A stretch of 64,000 bases of DNA, from positions 11,514-75,513 of the forward strand of contig NIVC01003816.1 of NCBI GenBank assembly GCA_002269645.1, given 5' to 3'. Under the pieces are notes generated by a model, which saw only the letters and a program-made list of their open reading frames with translations, was not told where the DNA came from and ran no database searches. How positions within the stretch are numbered: position 1 is the first letter of the stretch; the number at the start of each line of letters is the position of its first letter. The stretch comes from Macrostomum lignano (Eukaryota). This document shows, piece after piece, positions 12,211-25,351 of this stretch. The position numbers and the translations under genes were made by a program.

Positions 12211-13023
12211 CTTGACTTGTCTGTGAGATTTAGTTCTTTTTAGCATCGTGGGACTAAATACTTATAGTAGGTGTACTTCAAGATCGCGCGACGCAATACG
12301 CCAGGTATCACGTGAGAGAAAGGAATTTTATAACAGCAGTTTTAATACACAATTTAAAACTGTGCTATTAATCCTTGGACGGAGAGATAGTAAATGCTTT
12401 CAGCAAAAAGCGATTGTCTATAAAATTTCAGGCAGGAAACTTACGGAAGCCCCGAGGCCTTACTGGGATAAGTTGAGGGATGATAATTTCAAGAATTTGC
12501 TGCCTCATCCTCATCTTGCATGGCGTCCTCCGAGCTGAGGCGAAAGGCAATTTAGCTTGAGTCGGAAACTGCAGCTGTACCTGGGTGTTTAGAAGGACTC
12601 CTATCGCCTCATCTGCCGTTATGACTGTGGGATAGGCAAGATTCTTCGCCTTGGAAAAAACACCCCAGACCGGACAACTCTTTTTCTGGTCTGTAAGGTC
12701 ACCCCGGGCCGGAAAGGCAAGAAGAGCTGCCGCGCGGTCTTTTAGCTAAATATTTCGAGCGTGCTGATCCTGTCGAGTTCGAGTGTCTTAGTATTGATTC
12801 ATGTTTATATAGCGAACTTTAGCTTCAAGCTGCCGGATGGTTGGCAGAGTTGTTCTTGACTGATTGATATCCTTATAGCAGCAGATATATTATTTTAGTA
12901 GCCTATTGGGTGAGACAGGTTAAACTTCTAGCTTATGCAGAGCCTTTCCTGTCCCATTAGCTCTGATCGAAGAGTAGCTAACAGAGTGACACTGACCACT
13001 GTCATGTCATAGAAGATAGTGCT

Positions 13024-13810
13024 GGCCAGGCCCAAGTGAGGAGTAAATACGATTCTGTAGTCTATGGCCTGGCCCATGTGAGTAATAAATACGATTCTGT
13101 AGTCTATGGCCTGGCCCAAACGATGAATAAATACGATTCTGTAGTCTATGGCCTGGCCCAAGTGAGGAGTAAATACGATTCTGTAGTCTATGGCCTGGCC
13201 CAAACGATGAATAAATACGATTCTGTAGTCTATTGCCTGGCCCAAGTGAGGAGTAAATACGATTCTGTAGTCTATTGCCCGGCCCAAGTGAGTAATAATG
13301 ACGATTCTGTAGTCTATGGCCTGGCCCAAGTAAGGAGTAAATACGATTCTGTAGTCTATGGCCTGGCCCAAACGATGAATAAATACGATTCTGTAGTCTA
13401 TGGCCTGGCCCAAGTAAGGAGTAAATACGATTCTGTAGTCTATGGCCTGGCCCAAACGATGAATAAATACGATTCTGTAGTCTATGGCCTGGCCCAAGTG
13501 AGGAGTAAATACGATTGTGTAGTCTATGGCCTGGCCCAAATGAGGAATAAATACGATTATGTAGTCTATGCCCTGGCCCAAGTGAGTAATAAATACGATT
13601 CTGTAGTCTATGGCTGGCCCAAGTGAGTAATAAATATACGGTTCTGTAGTCTATGGCCTGGCCCAAGTGAGTAATAAATACGATTCTGTAGTCTATGGCC
13701 AGGCCCAAGTGAGTAATAAATACGATTCTGTAGTCTATGGCCAGGCCCAAGTGAGGAATAAATACGATTGTGTAGTCTATGGCCTGGCCCAAGTGAGTAA
13801 TAAATACGAT
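13024..13810. repeat. 42-bp minisatellite
   Basis: GCCTGGCCCAAGTGAGTAATAAATACGATTCTGTAGTCTATG. Confidence 0.95.
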
Positions 13811-14859
13811 TCAAGATACGAGTCAAGATACGATTCAAGTAAGCCCAATCAAGTATGCGGAGCTGTATATATATACTGTAGACTAGGAGGAAACCTTCCT
13901 GTCCAGATGCTTGCTAGAGAGGGGGTCCATGGTTTAGGCTAACAACTTGTTTGTCTATGGCTCGAGCTGACTGGAAAACTTGGCCAGAGGATTAAATGAG
14001 ACAAAAGCAACGCTGACCAGATTGAGCTCAGATGTGCAGCCCAGCTTACCCATTTGTCACACCTCGCTATACTGCTGCAGTTTGCTGCACAATATAGCTG
14101 AGAATGATTGCTTTAACAGAATTATTAATTATAATTATTCCATGCAATTGGCTGCTTCAGAGCTTTCACATTTTCCGTTGCTTTACGTATAGTAGAGCTA
14201 TTTAATATTCGAGCTCTCTCTCTCTCTCTCTCTATTCGAGTCGGCCCAACCTTGAATCCTGGACGGGGGTGGAAAGGAAATGGAAAGCCACTCCAGAGCG
14301 CGTCTTCAGTGAGCGCTCAGGCAATAGAGCTTCTTGGGTGTTGCATAGGGGTGAGCAGATCAAGCTGCTTGAGTCCTGCAGTCAGTTCGGTCAGAAATTG
14401 GCGATGACTGAGATGGAACTGGGAGAGCCATACATAGGAAGCCAATTGAGTAGCTACCCTGACCAATGGATACTCCAACTCAGTTGGCAGGCAGAAGTTA
14501 ACATTCCCGTATGAATAATGAAATCAGGGCGCTGATTAAACAATATCCTGGCAGAATTCATGACTAATGGAATATTTTTGATACAGACTGTGGGTAGCTG
14601 TGAAGCTTAAACAAATTACTGATCACCTGTAGAATCCTCATGCAGTAAGACAAATTCTTGGCTTCCACGTAAATCTTAAAGCTGGCTTAAAGCCTGGAGT
14701 CCTGATAAAAAACTAGGACTCAAGGACAAGCCTAAAACTCACGGAAACACTTGGTACCCAGGCCAAACTTTGTTACCTAGGGACAAACCTAGAGGTCAAG
14801 GACAAACTCAGTAGGTACCCTATGAAAAACCTAGGACCTATTGAAAATGCCTAGAACCC

Positions 14860-15154
14860 CAGCACAGACTCAGTGCCCCAGCACAAACTCAGAGCCACAG
14901 CACAAACTCAGTGCCCCAGCACAAACTCAGTGCCTCAGCACAAACTCAGTGCCCCAGCACAAACTCAGTGCCTCAGCACAAACTCAGTGCCACAGCACAA
15001 ACTCAGTGCCACAGCACAAACTCAGAGCCACAGCACAAACTCAGTGCCCCAACACAAACTCAGTGCCACAGCACAAACTCAGTGCCACAGCACAAACTCA
15101 GTACCCCAGCACAAACTCAGAGCCACAGCACAAACTCAGTGCCACAGCACAAAC
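14860..15154. repeat. 19-bp minisatellite starting at the exon 3 donor
   Basis: Minus-strand unit GTTTGTGCTGTGGCACTGA. Confidence 0.95.
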
Positions 15155-15767
15155 CTTTGACCCGAGAGCAATGTTGGCCCTCTCGCTTTTGAGCTCCTGC
15201 GCCAGGCAGTTGTCCGCGGAGACGCAGCAGCCACCTTTTGGAAAGACGCGCACGTCGGCAACCTGAATGACGGTGGGCAGGTGGTCGCAGAGCTCCTTCT
15301 GCTGTTGGAGTGCCTTCTGACTGAACATCTTCTCGCACTGCAGCTGCACAGGGAACTGGATGCTGAGGTAGATGAAGTCGATGGCGATGCCGAAACAGCA
15401 GCGCTGCCGCGGCTCCTCGGTGCCGTTCGGACGCAGCAGAGTGCAGGCCATGCCGTGCTTGCACTCCCAGCGCGACTCGCTCGGCTCGCCGCTAAACTCC
15501 TTGATCCGGACCAGCGGGTCCTCCTCGTTGAGGGTGAACACCAGCTCGATGTTCTTCTGCCTGACCTGAACCGCGCCTTGGTGAGTGCTGGACCAAGTGG
15601 CCTCAAATTCCAGAGTAGCGATCCAGCGCAGGCCAGCCATGGGTTGGTCGTACTTCTGCGGCAGTGCCACCCCATGCAGCAGTTTGCGCAGGTTGTAGAA
15701 CCCGGTGGGCAGCACCGGCTGCTGCTGCGAGGATCTTGCACTCGCATTGCAGGCAAACTTTGGGCAG
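15155..15767 (-). CDS. GRIN3: GluN3-like subunit, exon 3 (ATD end, S1 ligand-binding lobe)
   Basis: IELVFTLNEEDPLVRIKE resembles LRVVTLIEHPFVFTRE; RCCFGIAIDFI resembles KCCYGYCIDLL; LAQELKSERANIALGS resembles LVGDLLRGTAHMAVTS; TTTAG acceptor, AAG|GTTTGT donor. Confidence 0.85.
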
Positions 15768-16920
15768 CTAAATGCTCTGTGAAGGGTTATAGTAATAGTA
15801 TTTTATCGATATGGAAATATGGATTCATCCTAGCAATGTCAGTGCCAGTTGAAATTGATTTTATTCAAGCATAATTTATTCCACAAAAAGTGATGATGTT
15901 CTATAAATTGGACATTGGTCAACGGTCCCAGAAGAAATTGCGACTGCATTACTGACCTCCTGGCCAGCCACCATCCATCAAACAGGATAAATTTGATTAG
16001 TGTGCGAGAGTCGCCTTCGCAAGTATCTGCAATGCAAAACCAAAGGACTACTACCCGGTATGTCAGGACGCTACACTTAAATATCGTGTAATTATTTCGA
16101 AGGCCGATTTCCACGAAAACATACACTGCGGAGATAGGAAATAATCATTTTTTCGTCACAAAAACAATGATTGCATTTGATCTGGGATGCTGAAGATTAT
16201 CACTCTTTTAATTTAGCATGGACAGCATGTTACTCTGATGTTAGTGAAAGTTTTATTTTCATATCGCTTTTTACTTTATTTTCCTATTATTCTTCTTAAT
16301 ATTGTTTGTATACTGCAAATTTGAATGGGATTGAAATGGAATTACACCCACAATAATGGCTTAAGAGCATTAATGCCTGCATGCAACATTTTTATTACAA
16401 ATATAATTCTTTGTAAAAATGGAGTGTTGCGTCCTGATATACTGGAGTGGTCCTTGAGCGAAACCTTACATAAAGCATTCTTTGCGTTGCAAATCTCATG
16501 GTCCTACCGCTTCCCATTTGAAAGATTTTCCAATCGAAACCTGTTGATTGAACAAATATGATCTTTTATCAGCTTATACTTGTGCACTAATGCGATCCTG
16601 TGACATGTATCTAGTACAGGCTCTCTGAGGCGAAACGCGTGTGTATGGCTCAGTAAAAATATTCAGCCCCGTCCATTTTTGACTCATTTCTACTCTGAAC
16701 CCGAACAGATGCAGGCGAGTCTTTCAACACTCTGTCTCTCTCCTTCCCCAGCTTGTAGCCAGGCGACCAGAACGTGAAGGGGCCGAACGTGCACAAGAGA
16801 GAATTGCTTGACAGTTAGTGATGAAGTGAGACAAGGGGACTAGGATTATGAATCATAATTTATACTGCTAGACTCGTGATACTGCCACAGACGTGCAAAC
16901 TCAACCAGCACCAGCCTCAC

Positions 16921-17705
16921 CTGATGGTGCTCTCATAGTGCTTGCTCAGCAACCGTCGGCAAGTCGCCAAATCCTCCGAGCACCTCGCCGGCAGCAGCTG
17001 ACCTGTCGCCGCCTCCTCCTTCAGCTCCTTCAGCTCCTTCAGCTCCAGCTGCCTCGCCCTGGCATAGGCGATGTGCAGCTGCTGGGAGCTGGCCATGAAC
17101 TTCAGCAGCAGCACGGACACCAGGGTGCTGAGCTTACTAATGTGCTTCTTCTGCTCATCGTAGTACTGCTCCTGCTTCTGCTCGTCAACGTGCGGCCCGA
17201 ACACGTGTGCCACAGTGCTGGGGCTGCTGCTGAAGTACCTCAGCTGCATCTGGCCGGCGGTCGTCTCGAACATCGCCTCCATCGCGGATGACTCCACGAA
17301 CACGTGCAACCGTTCGTCGGCTGGAATTTTCAGCTGACGTCGAAATGCGTCCAGCGCAGTAGTGGCCAGGTGTGCGGCTCCGATGTGGAACAGCACGAAC
17401 TGCTGCAGCTCCGAGCCGTCCTCCTCATCCTCAGCATCACCTTCTACCCGATCTTCATCCGCCACAGCCTCGGATGAGAACAGCTTAGCCCGCGTTCGCA
17501 TGTCAACAACTGGATCTCCAGTGAATGCGCGAACCTGGTGGCTGAACAGGTGTCGCTGCAGGTGTCTGCTAATTAATTGGAAACAGTCGGAGGCCACTAT
17601 TGCTACGTACTTGTAGACTCGCCTTCTGCTGAGCAGGTAGGCGAGTAGAACGCGGGCATCGTTGCAGGTGTTGTCCTCCACGGGGACGTATTGGAAGTGC
17701 TTTTG
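16921..17705 (-). CDS. GRIN3: GluN3-like subunit, exon 2 (amino-terminal domain)
   Basis: TTGCAG acceptor, 785 nt open frame QKHFQY...ESTI, AG|GTGAGG donor; phase 0 to 2, fits both neighbours. Confidence 0.75.
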
Positions 17706-17771
17706 CTGCAATTTCAACATTTCATTCAGTGTTATGTTACATAGGATCGTTTGATGACAGAGTTTGCCAAG

Positions 17772-18622
17772 TGTCCCAGCGTCCCAGTGTCCCAGTGTCC
17801 CAGTGTTTCAGTGTCTCAGTGTCCCAATGTCCCAGTGTCTCAGTGTCCCAGTGTCCCAGTGTCCCAGTGTTTCAGTGTCTCAGTGTCCCAATGTCCCAGT
17901 GTCTCAGTGTCCCAGTGTCCCAGTGTCTCAGTGTCTCAGTGTCCCAGTGTCCCAGTGTCCCAGTGTCCCAGTGTCCCAGTGTTCCAATGTCTCAGTGTTT
18001 CAGTGTCCCAGTGTCCCAGTGTCCCAGTGTTCCAGTGTCCCAGTGTTCCAATGTCTCAGTGTCCCAGTGTCCCAGTGTCCCAGTGTTCCAATGTCTCAGT
18101 GTTTCAGTGTCCCAGTGTCCCAGTGTCCCAGTGTTCCAATGTCCCAGTATCCCAGTGTCCCATGCAGTGTCCCAGTGTCTCAGTGTCCCAATTTCCCAGT
18201 GTCCCAGTGTCCCAGTGTCCCAGTGTTCCAGTGTCTCAGTGTTTCAGTGTCCCAGTGTCCCAGTGTTCCAGTGTCCCAGTATCCCAGTGTCCCAGTATCC
18301 CAGTGTCCCATGCAGTGTCCCAGTGTCTCAGTGTCCCAATGTCCCAGTGTCCCAGTGTTCCAGTGTCTCAGTGTTTCAGTGTCCCAGTGTCCCAGTGTCC
18401 CAGTGTCCCAGTGTCCCAGTGTCCCTGTGTCTCAGTGTCTCAGTGTCTCAATGTCCCAGTGTCCCAGTGTCCCAGTGTTCCAGTGTCCCAGTGTCCCAGT
18501 GTCCCAGTGTCTCAGTGTCTCAGTGTCCCAATGTCCAAATGTCCCAGTGTCCCAGTGTCCCAGTGTCCCAGTGTCCCAGTGTCCCAGTGTCCCAGTGTCT
18601 CAGTGTCTCAATGTCTCAATGT
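17772..18622. repeat. 8-bp-based minisatellite
   Basis: CAGTGTCC / CAGTGTCT variants. Confidence 0.95.
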
Positions 18623-18719
18623 TCCAGAATCTAGCTCTAAGATTCCTCACTTCTCTATGAAAATTCAGGAATATATTATGTATAGTGTGAGCAAAAGTGA
18701 AGATTTGTCAATGTCTCAC

Positions 18720-19106
18720 CAGCTCGGCCGAGTTCGGCAAGTCCACCAGCCGGTTGCCAACGCAGACAACGCGAAGTAGATTGCAGGCGAGCACCAGCTG
18801 AGCGGACATGGTTGGCGACAGCACCGCCACCACGGACTGCGAATCGATGACGCTGACAAGATTAGTGAGCTCGCTGTCCGGCACCATGACAGAGTCGGGC
18901 TGGAACTCCGCCCCGACCGCGTGCTGCAGATCGCGAACTCGCTTGGTGAGAAACCTGGCGTAGAACTCGGTCCTCTCTGGGGACAGCTGGCGCAGCTGCG
19001 ACATGTCCAGCACCATCAGCGTCTTCAGCGACTTCAGCGGCGTCGGCGACTGCTGCTGCGCCTCGAAGGCTTGCAGAAAAAGCACCAGCTGCACCAGCAG
19101 CCGCAT
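18720..19106 (-). CDS. GRIN3: GluN3-like NMDA receptor subunit, exon 1 (signal peptide, start of ATD)
   Basis: MRLLVQLVLFLQAFEA signal-peptide-like start; 387 nt ending CTG|GTGAGA, phase 0, matching the next exon. Confidence 0.75.
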
Positions 19107-19720
19107 CGCAGAAGAACTGCTGCTGCAGGATGGGGAGTAAAATTTTTGCACTGCTTGCCGGAGCTGCCAGCTGCCAGCTGTTGGCGAGATGAGGCAGAAC
19201 AAAATAAGCAATAAATGTAGACTGACCGATAACGGTGGAACTTCTTCGGGAACCTCGGGAACTGTTGTGAGCCCGCCTGATTGGCCAGTGCGTTGCGGCC
19301 CAGTGGCCTCCCAGAGATTGCAGCAATGCGTTCACGGAGCAGAAATTGGGGAGGGGGCACAGAAAACAGGGGGTAGTTGAGCCCGGCGTGGATAGAAGCA
19401 TTTTTAGCCGGTTTTAGGTAGCTGGGGGAGAAATTTTAATTTCTGCACCCGACTAAAAGCGTGAGGAGGTAGGCGTATTGACAGAGAAGCAGTTATTTCT
19501 TGCACAAATCGCTGATGTCTCGAGGCTTGTATCAGATGTCAGAACTGATCAGGACTGCAGGTTGCCGCTGCTAAAAAATTGTGCTTTGGGGGAATCAGAT
19601 TGAAATTTCCAGCCACGTGTGACATCGGCTTTTGCTGTATTTTGGGGCAATCTAGAATTCGACATGGATTATGGACTGCCTGGTGGCTGCAGAAGAGTGT
19701 TTTGTCCTGAAATGAACTGG

Positions 19721-20090
<370 letters not shown>

Positions 20091-22517
20091 ACAGTCCTCA
20101 GTCATTCTATAATTTAGCAAGCAGGCTCTCAGCGCTGAAGGAGCTTCGAGGATCCCGTATCAAATCCCCCCATAAATGATCAATACATCTGATGGCCCAC
20201 TTGCGGCAGTATCAGAGAAGACAGTTATGGATCTTTGAGTCTCCAATGCTGAGGCATTCGATCGTAAAATGAAAATACGGGTTTTATAGAAAGGCTTCCC
20301 AAAACAGCAGCACGCCGGTCTGCTCCGAGTGGAAGAAAAAACAAGATTACTTGCTTTTAGGGGAGTTTCGCCTGCGGTTCCCGTGGGGCCTGACTGCTCG
20401 AGGGGCCCGGCAAGTGAGGCGGAAAACTACCCCTACATGCATAGCTATCAGTGTATCAAGCACATCCAAGCAGTCAAACTCTGCTTATCCGTCACAGGTC
20501 TCTCCCATGAACCCGTGGATTATAGACAGCTATCAGATCTGGATACAGTAGCCAGGGCCTAAACAGTCAAATATGGGAAATGCAATAGTAATGTGTAACT
20601 AAAACAATGGTGCGACCTAATTCTACTTTGATTTTTCTATTAAAAAACCATTGGACAATTGAAATATCCTGCGAATACTTATGCACAGTAAGGTGAGAAC
20701 ATAATTTTCAAGTTCTGTCAAATGCATTGCATAGAAATTGCACAGGCATGATACCTGATAGCTTTACATAATTTTTCATCTTGAGCTTAGTGCACTTTTA
20801 TGCAAAATCTTACGAAGGTTTCCTTGCATGAACTTGCCACAATATTTAAACTGTTTCGTGCGAACAGCTTACTTTACTGTTAGTAGTATAGTCGAATTTC
20901 AAGTGACTTCACAAAAATATTAATACAATGAATGCACTGGCGACCACTGAACGAGCAAAACTTAAACGAGCAAGGCGAAGCTGATTGTAAACCACCAATT
21001 TCTATACATTTTTAAAATACTCGTAGTTCTCAATGTTTCTTACAAGGACCACTGTAGTAGACTGTAGGTCCTTGGTTCCTTAATCGAAGTCCGTAGTTGC
21101 GTTTACTTTGAAATGTTACAGTATTTTGCGTAGCTAGTTATTTATAAACAACTAGTCTGTTAAAACAAGTTTATTAAATTAATTTGTTCCAGAACGAACT
21201 TCTGCCGTTCCAAAATGAGCAAAACAGATTGCTTCTTTTTTATTCATTGAGAACGTAAAAGTGTAAAGTTTGTAGAGCATTCTCCGCTCCACCGCCAAAC
21301 CGGTTCTGGCTGACTAGTTGCCAAAGTTGCAAACAACCCAATAGCCAATCAGCTAGAGGGCAGAGAATGGCTTTTGGGGTGGGTGCGACAAGGATAGAAA
21401 GTTAAAAATTTCACGCGAGGCCGCCAGCCAATCAGCGCAGAGAGAAGCTCCAACACTGTGTTAGGGCACAGAGGTGGGAACAGCTAAGCTAGTGTTCTTT
21501 TTATTAGAAGCGATTAGGTAATAGGGGCTGTTTTTGAGCGAGCAGTTGGAGTACTTGAGATTCTATCGTCAATACAAGTCTATATCTCCAATTCACCCAG
21601 CAGCAGCACACCAGCCACACGGTCAGCCACTCCAGTCAAAATCTACGCTTGTACACCGGCAGTTTTTCGGCTCCAGTCTAAAGGTCTCGAGGCCAAGGTG
21701 CTCCATCATGCGCTTAAATCATCAAAACATTTTATTATGCACTTTTCTGACGCTAGGTAATGACTGCAAAAGAGATTTCGTCACAAGAATGATTTTAAAC
21801 GATCAAAAATCGACTACTTCTTATTTGCTAACAGCTGGCAGCTATTAAAATTTAAATTATTACCTGGGTGGGAGGGTAACAGACTAGGTGACAAACTAGT
21901 AATAAACGAACTTTAACTTTTCATCTCTTAAGGAAAAAAATTTTTTGACGCAAAATGCTTAAGCCAAAATCGGCATCCCTTTGAGCTTCGGCATCAAAGC
22001 ATCTGAGCAACCCTAATGAGCAACCCCAATGAGCAACCCCAATGAGCAACCCCAATGAGCCTTGACATCTTAGTAATTAGTTATACTCGGCAACATCGAA
22101 AAGTCGCCATTCCGGCTGTGGTCGCCACTTTTGAGAGTGCAGGTGAAGTCTCTCAATCTTTGCGAGTGAAGCAACTTCGCTACGCCGCGTCAGATTTGAG
22201 TTGACAAATGAAGTGGATTAAACAGTTTTCGGAATTACAGATAAGAGAACTGCGAGCCACCTAGCTTACCATACCTTACCTACCTAATATCCGCCTACGT
22301 ATTTTTTATTACAGAATAGTCAAAGAGAAATCGCTCACTGGCGCATGAAGTGAAGACTTTAAAAGTTCAAATACAATTATGTAAATTAAGGGTATCACTA
22401 GAAGCGCTCTTTTTTAAGTTTATTGCAGATATTCTTGACAGTTTGAGTGCACTATTTCAAAGTGGAAGTCCTAATCCTTGCTTTGGCGTTTGATAAATGT
22501 GGAAATTGAGGTGTCTG

Positions 22518-22946
22518 GGGCCCGTGCTATAGAATCAGGAGTTAGGAGTTAGAAGCTAGGACTCAAGACTACTCTTGACAAGGAGTGATTGAATTTTGTG
22601 TGCTATAGATTTCAAGAGTTAAGAGTTAGGAGCTAGGAGTTCTAGCAAGGAGTGCAGCCTAGGGGTGGGGGTGTGTTCAAGGAGTGTTGCGCAATCGTTA
22701 AAGGATGATAGAGAAATTGTGTGCTATATCACAATCCTAACTTTACGCTCCTTAAGGATTGAATCTCGGAGTGAAAATGCAAATTGCTCAAAAAATATCA
22801 TTTGTGAGAGCCGTCGCTGCACGCAAAGACGTTCTCTTTGGTGCGTTTAGTACAACTATAACTATAACCATAAAAGCCAGCTAGGAGCTAGGAGTTAGGG
22901 CACTCTTAAGGATTTAGGAGTTAAGAGTATTCTATAGCACGGGCCC
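22518..22946. mobile_element. PIF/Harbinger-like MITE, 429 bp
   Basis: Perfect 18-bp TIR GGGCCCGTGCTATAGAAT; 3-bp TSD CTG (CWG type). Confidence 0.85.
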
Positions 22947-22963
22947 CTGTGCTCAGCAAAATA

Positions 22964-23203
22964 TACTCGACAACATTAAAAAGCCGCCACCTTGACTTTT
23001 GAGCGACGCAACTTGCGCCACGCGTGGGTGAGGAGGGATTGGGAAGAGCGGAGGGCGAAGATTGGATGGATTGAAGCTTCCGCCCGGTTTTCATTGTTTT
23101 TTCAAGCATTTTTAATGTCAAAATGGTTGGCCAGGTGATGAGGCTGGTCGAAAGACACTGCTCACTGGGGCAAAGGGTGGCGACTTTTCAATGTTGCTGA
23201 GTA
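22964..23203. mobile_element. Tc1/mariner-like MITE (TA TSD); additional left-TIR copy at 22084
   Basis: Left end TACTCGACAACATTAAAAAGCCGCCA versus reverse complement of right end TACTCAGCAACATTGAAAAGTCGCCA; TA on both flanks. Confidence 0.6.
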
Positions 23204-23249
23204 TACATATGCAATGCGCTGGTTTAGTATGCAGCTTTGTTGAGCAATA

Positions 23250-23862
23250 GTCACTCACTCACTCACTCACTCACTCACTCACTCACTCACTCACTCACTC
23301 ACTCACTCATTCACTCACTCACTCACTCACTCACTCACTCACTCACTCACTCACTCACTCACTCACTCACTCACTCACTCACTCACTCACTCACTCACTC
23401 ACTCACTCACTCACTCACTCACTCACTCACTCACTCACTCACTCACTCACTCACTCACTCACTCACTCACTCACTCACTCACTCACTCACTCACTCACTC
23501 ATTCACTCACTCATTCACTCACTCACTCATTCACTCACTCACTCATTCACTCACTCACTCACTCATTCACTCACTCACTCATTCACTCACTCACTCATTC
23601 ACTCACTCACTCATTCACTCACTCACTCATTTACTCACTCACTCATTCACTCACTCACTCATTCACTCACTCACTCATTTACTCACTCACTCACTCACTC
23701 ATTCACTCACTCACTCATTCACTCACTCACTCATTCACTCACTCACTCATTTACTCACTCACTCACTCATTCATTCACTCACTCACTCACTCACTCACTC
23801 ACTCACTCACTCACTCACTCACTCACTCACTCACTCACTCACTCACTCACTAACTCACTCAC
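23250..23862. repeat. (TCAC)n microsatellite with TCAT variants
   Basis: About 150 tetranucleotide units. Confidence 0.97.
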
Positions 23863-24539
23863 TCCCAAAAGCAGAAAGTACTCGGTCTTTAGCCAAGGTG
23901 ATGAAAGCAATGAAATTAATTATATTTTGTATAGCTATTGAGGATAAAAGGAAATTTTGCGAAACTTCTACAGCAACAAAATAAAATTGACTTCACTGGA
24001 GATTTCAAGCAATAAAATAACCAAGTGGAGAGATATGCCTACTACATTGAGCTCTCTATCGAACGGGATAAAATAGTAGAAATTGCAAAAATTTCAATAG
24101 TAACTAAAAATACGGTTTCTATGCTCAACTAAATGTAATTTTTAATGGATTTCTAACACAAATAATGCTATGATATTGTACCAGGAAAGCGGCTATAACT
24201 ACGGGACTTGTGCTTTACTATGAATAGTAACCTGGTATTCTAATAGCTAGTCTGCTTGAATCAAATTTTCCTTACACTTCGCGCGTTAAAGATGAGAATC
24301 TTCCTTCCCTGGACTACTCTGATTGGTTGAGAGGAACAGGGAGGCTGTTTTATCGATCGATTGCGCGGACTATGAGCATGCAGTTAAGGGTAACGAGAGT
24401 CGAGGCTTGATAGCTCAGAGTTGTTTCAAATTTAAGCTTTTGGGAGCCGAAACATTGCGTTTTACAGCATGATAAACCTCATGTTATTTATATAAAGACG
24501 GTTCAGCTGCCGGCAACAGAAGACTGAAATAATAAATTC

Positions 24540-24674
24540 TCAGCCGGCGGGGGCGGTGAAGTTGCCTGCCCAGTCGGGGTACTCGGTCATGTTGAACAGA
24601 GCCGTGCCGTAGGTCAGGCTGGCTCCGACCACCACCAAGCCGGACACGATAGTCAGCACGAAGCCGCTCTTGAT
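24540..24674 (-). CDS. SLC13: SLC13 transporter, exon 9 (terminal)
   Basis: IKSGFVLTIV...LFNMTEYPDWA, TGA at 24540-24542; total CDS 1803 nt = 600 aa plus stop. Confidence 0.9.
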   Translation of the reverse strand: MKSGFVLTIVSGLVVVGASLTYGTALFNMTEYPDWAGNFTAPAG

Positions 24675-24699
24675 CTGGGCGGAGTTGAAATTGTACATT

Positions 24700-24945
24700 G
24701 ATAAAGCTATTTTTAGCATAGCGGAAAGCCATCCCTCTAGTCTTGGGTGGAGTTAATTGGTACATGTACACTGATAAGGCTATTTTTAGAATGGCCGAAA
24801 GCCATTCCCCCTAGTCCTGGGTGGACTGAACTTGTACATGTACATTGCTAAGTCTATTTTTAGCATAGCGGAAAGCCACCCCCCTAGACCAGGGTGGGGC
24901 TAATTGGTACATGTACACCGATAAGGCTATTTTTAGCATAGGGGA
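24700..24945. repeat. ~75-bp tandem repeat (3-4 copies) in the last SLC13 intron
   Basis: CTATTTTTAGCATAGCGGAAAGCC...GGTACATGTACA recurs. Confidence 0.85.
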
Positions 24946-25140
24946 AATTCAGAAGTGTTTTTTTAGAAAACTTCCATCTTAGACCCAACTCTGTACACTC
25001 AGGAATTCTCGCGGCGATTCACATCCTCCCGAACCCTAAGATTCTGTAAACGCAGGCATTCCTGCGGCAATTTAGCTCGTACATTCTTCTAATCCCAAGA
25101 CTGGCATGCACACTGAGGCGGCATCCTCCCAAGGACTCAC

Positions 25141-25278
25141 CATGTCGGCCACGGTGAGATAGCCCTTAGAGAACACAATAGAATTCGGGGGCGTGGCCAC
25201 GGGCAGATTGAAGGCCAGCGAGGCGGCGATGGTGCAGGGCAGCATCAGGGCCAGCGGGTTCATGCGGATGCTGCGGCA
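25141..25278 (-). CDS. SLC13: SLC13 transporter, exon 8
   Basis: ASLAFNLPVATPPNSIVF motif; 138 nt. Confidence 0.95.
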
Positions 25279-25351
25279 CTGAAATTATTCATAAATGTAA
25301 ATCAAACGACAATCGCCTAGATGCTACTAGTGGTAACTGAATGAGGCTTAC

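Noticed and set aside
12248-12800. Transposase or RT remnant
   Set aside because: Multiple stops and no motif I can assign to a family
14269-14620. Additional exon(s) in receptor intron 3
   Set aside because: No compatible acceptor/donor pair; the exon 3-4 junction aligns to GluN3 without them
16620-16645. Penelope-type minimal hammerhead remnant (CTGAGGCGAAACGCGT)
   Set aside because: CUGANGA core incomplete, no stem I, no other Penelope features
16700-16811. Extra receptor exon (NSLLCTFGPFTFWSPGYKL)
   Set aside because: No good phase-2 donor; exons 2 and 3 already splice in frame
15098-19211. A separate novel gene encoded by the ORFs at 15-19 kb
   Set aside because: They splice in phase into the NMDA exon at 11449 and contain S1 motifs (CCFGIAID, ANIALGS) and a signal peptide; they belong to the same receptor gene
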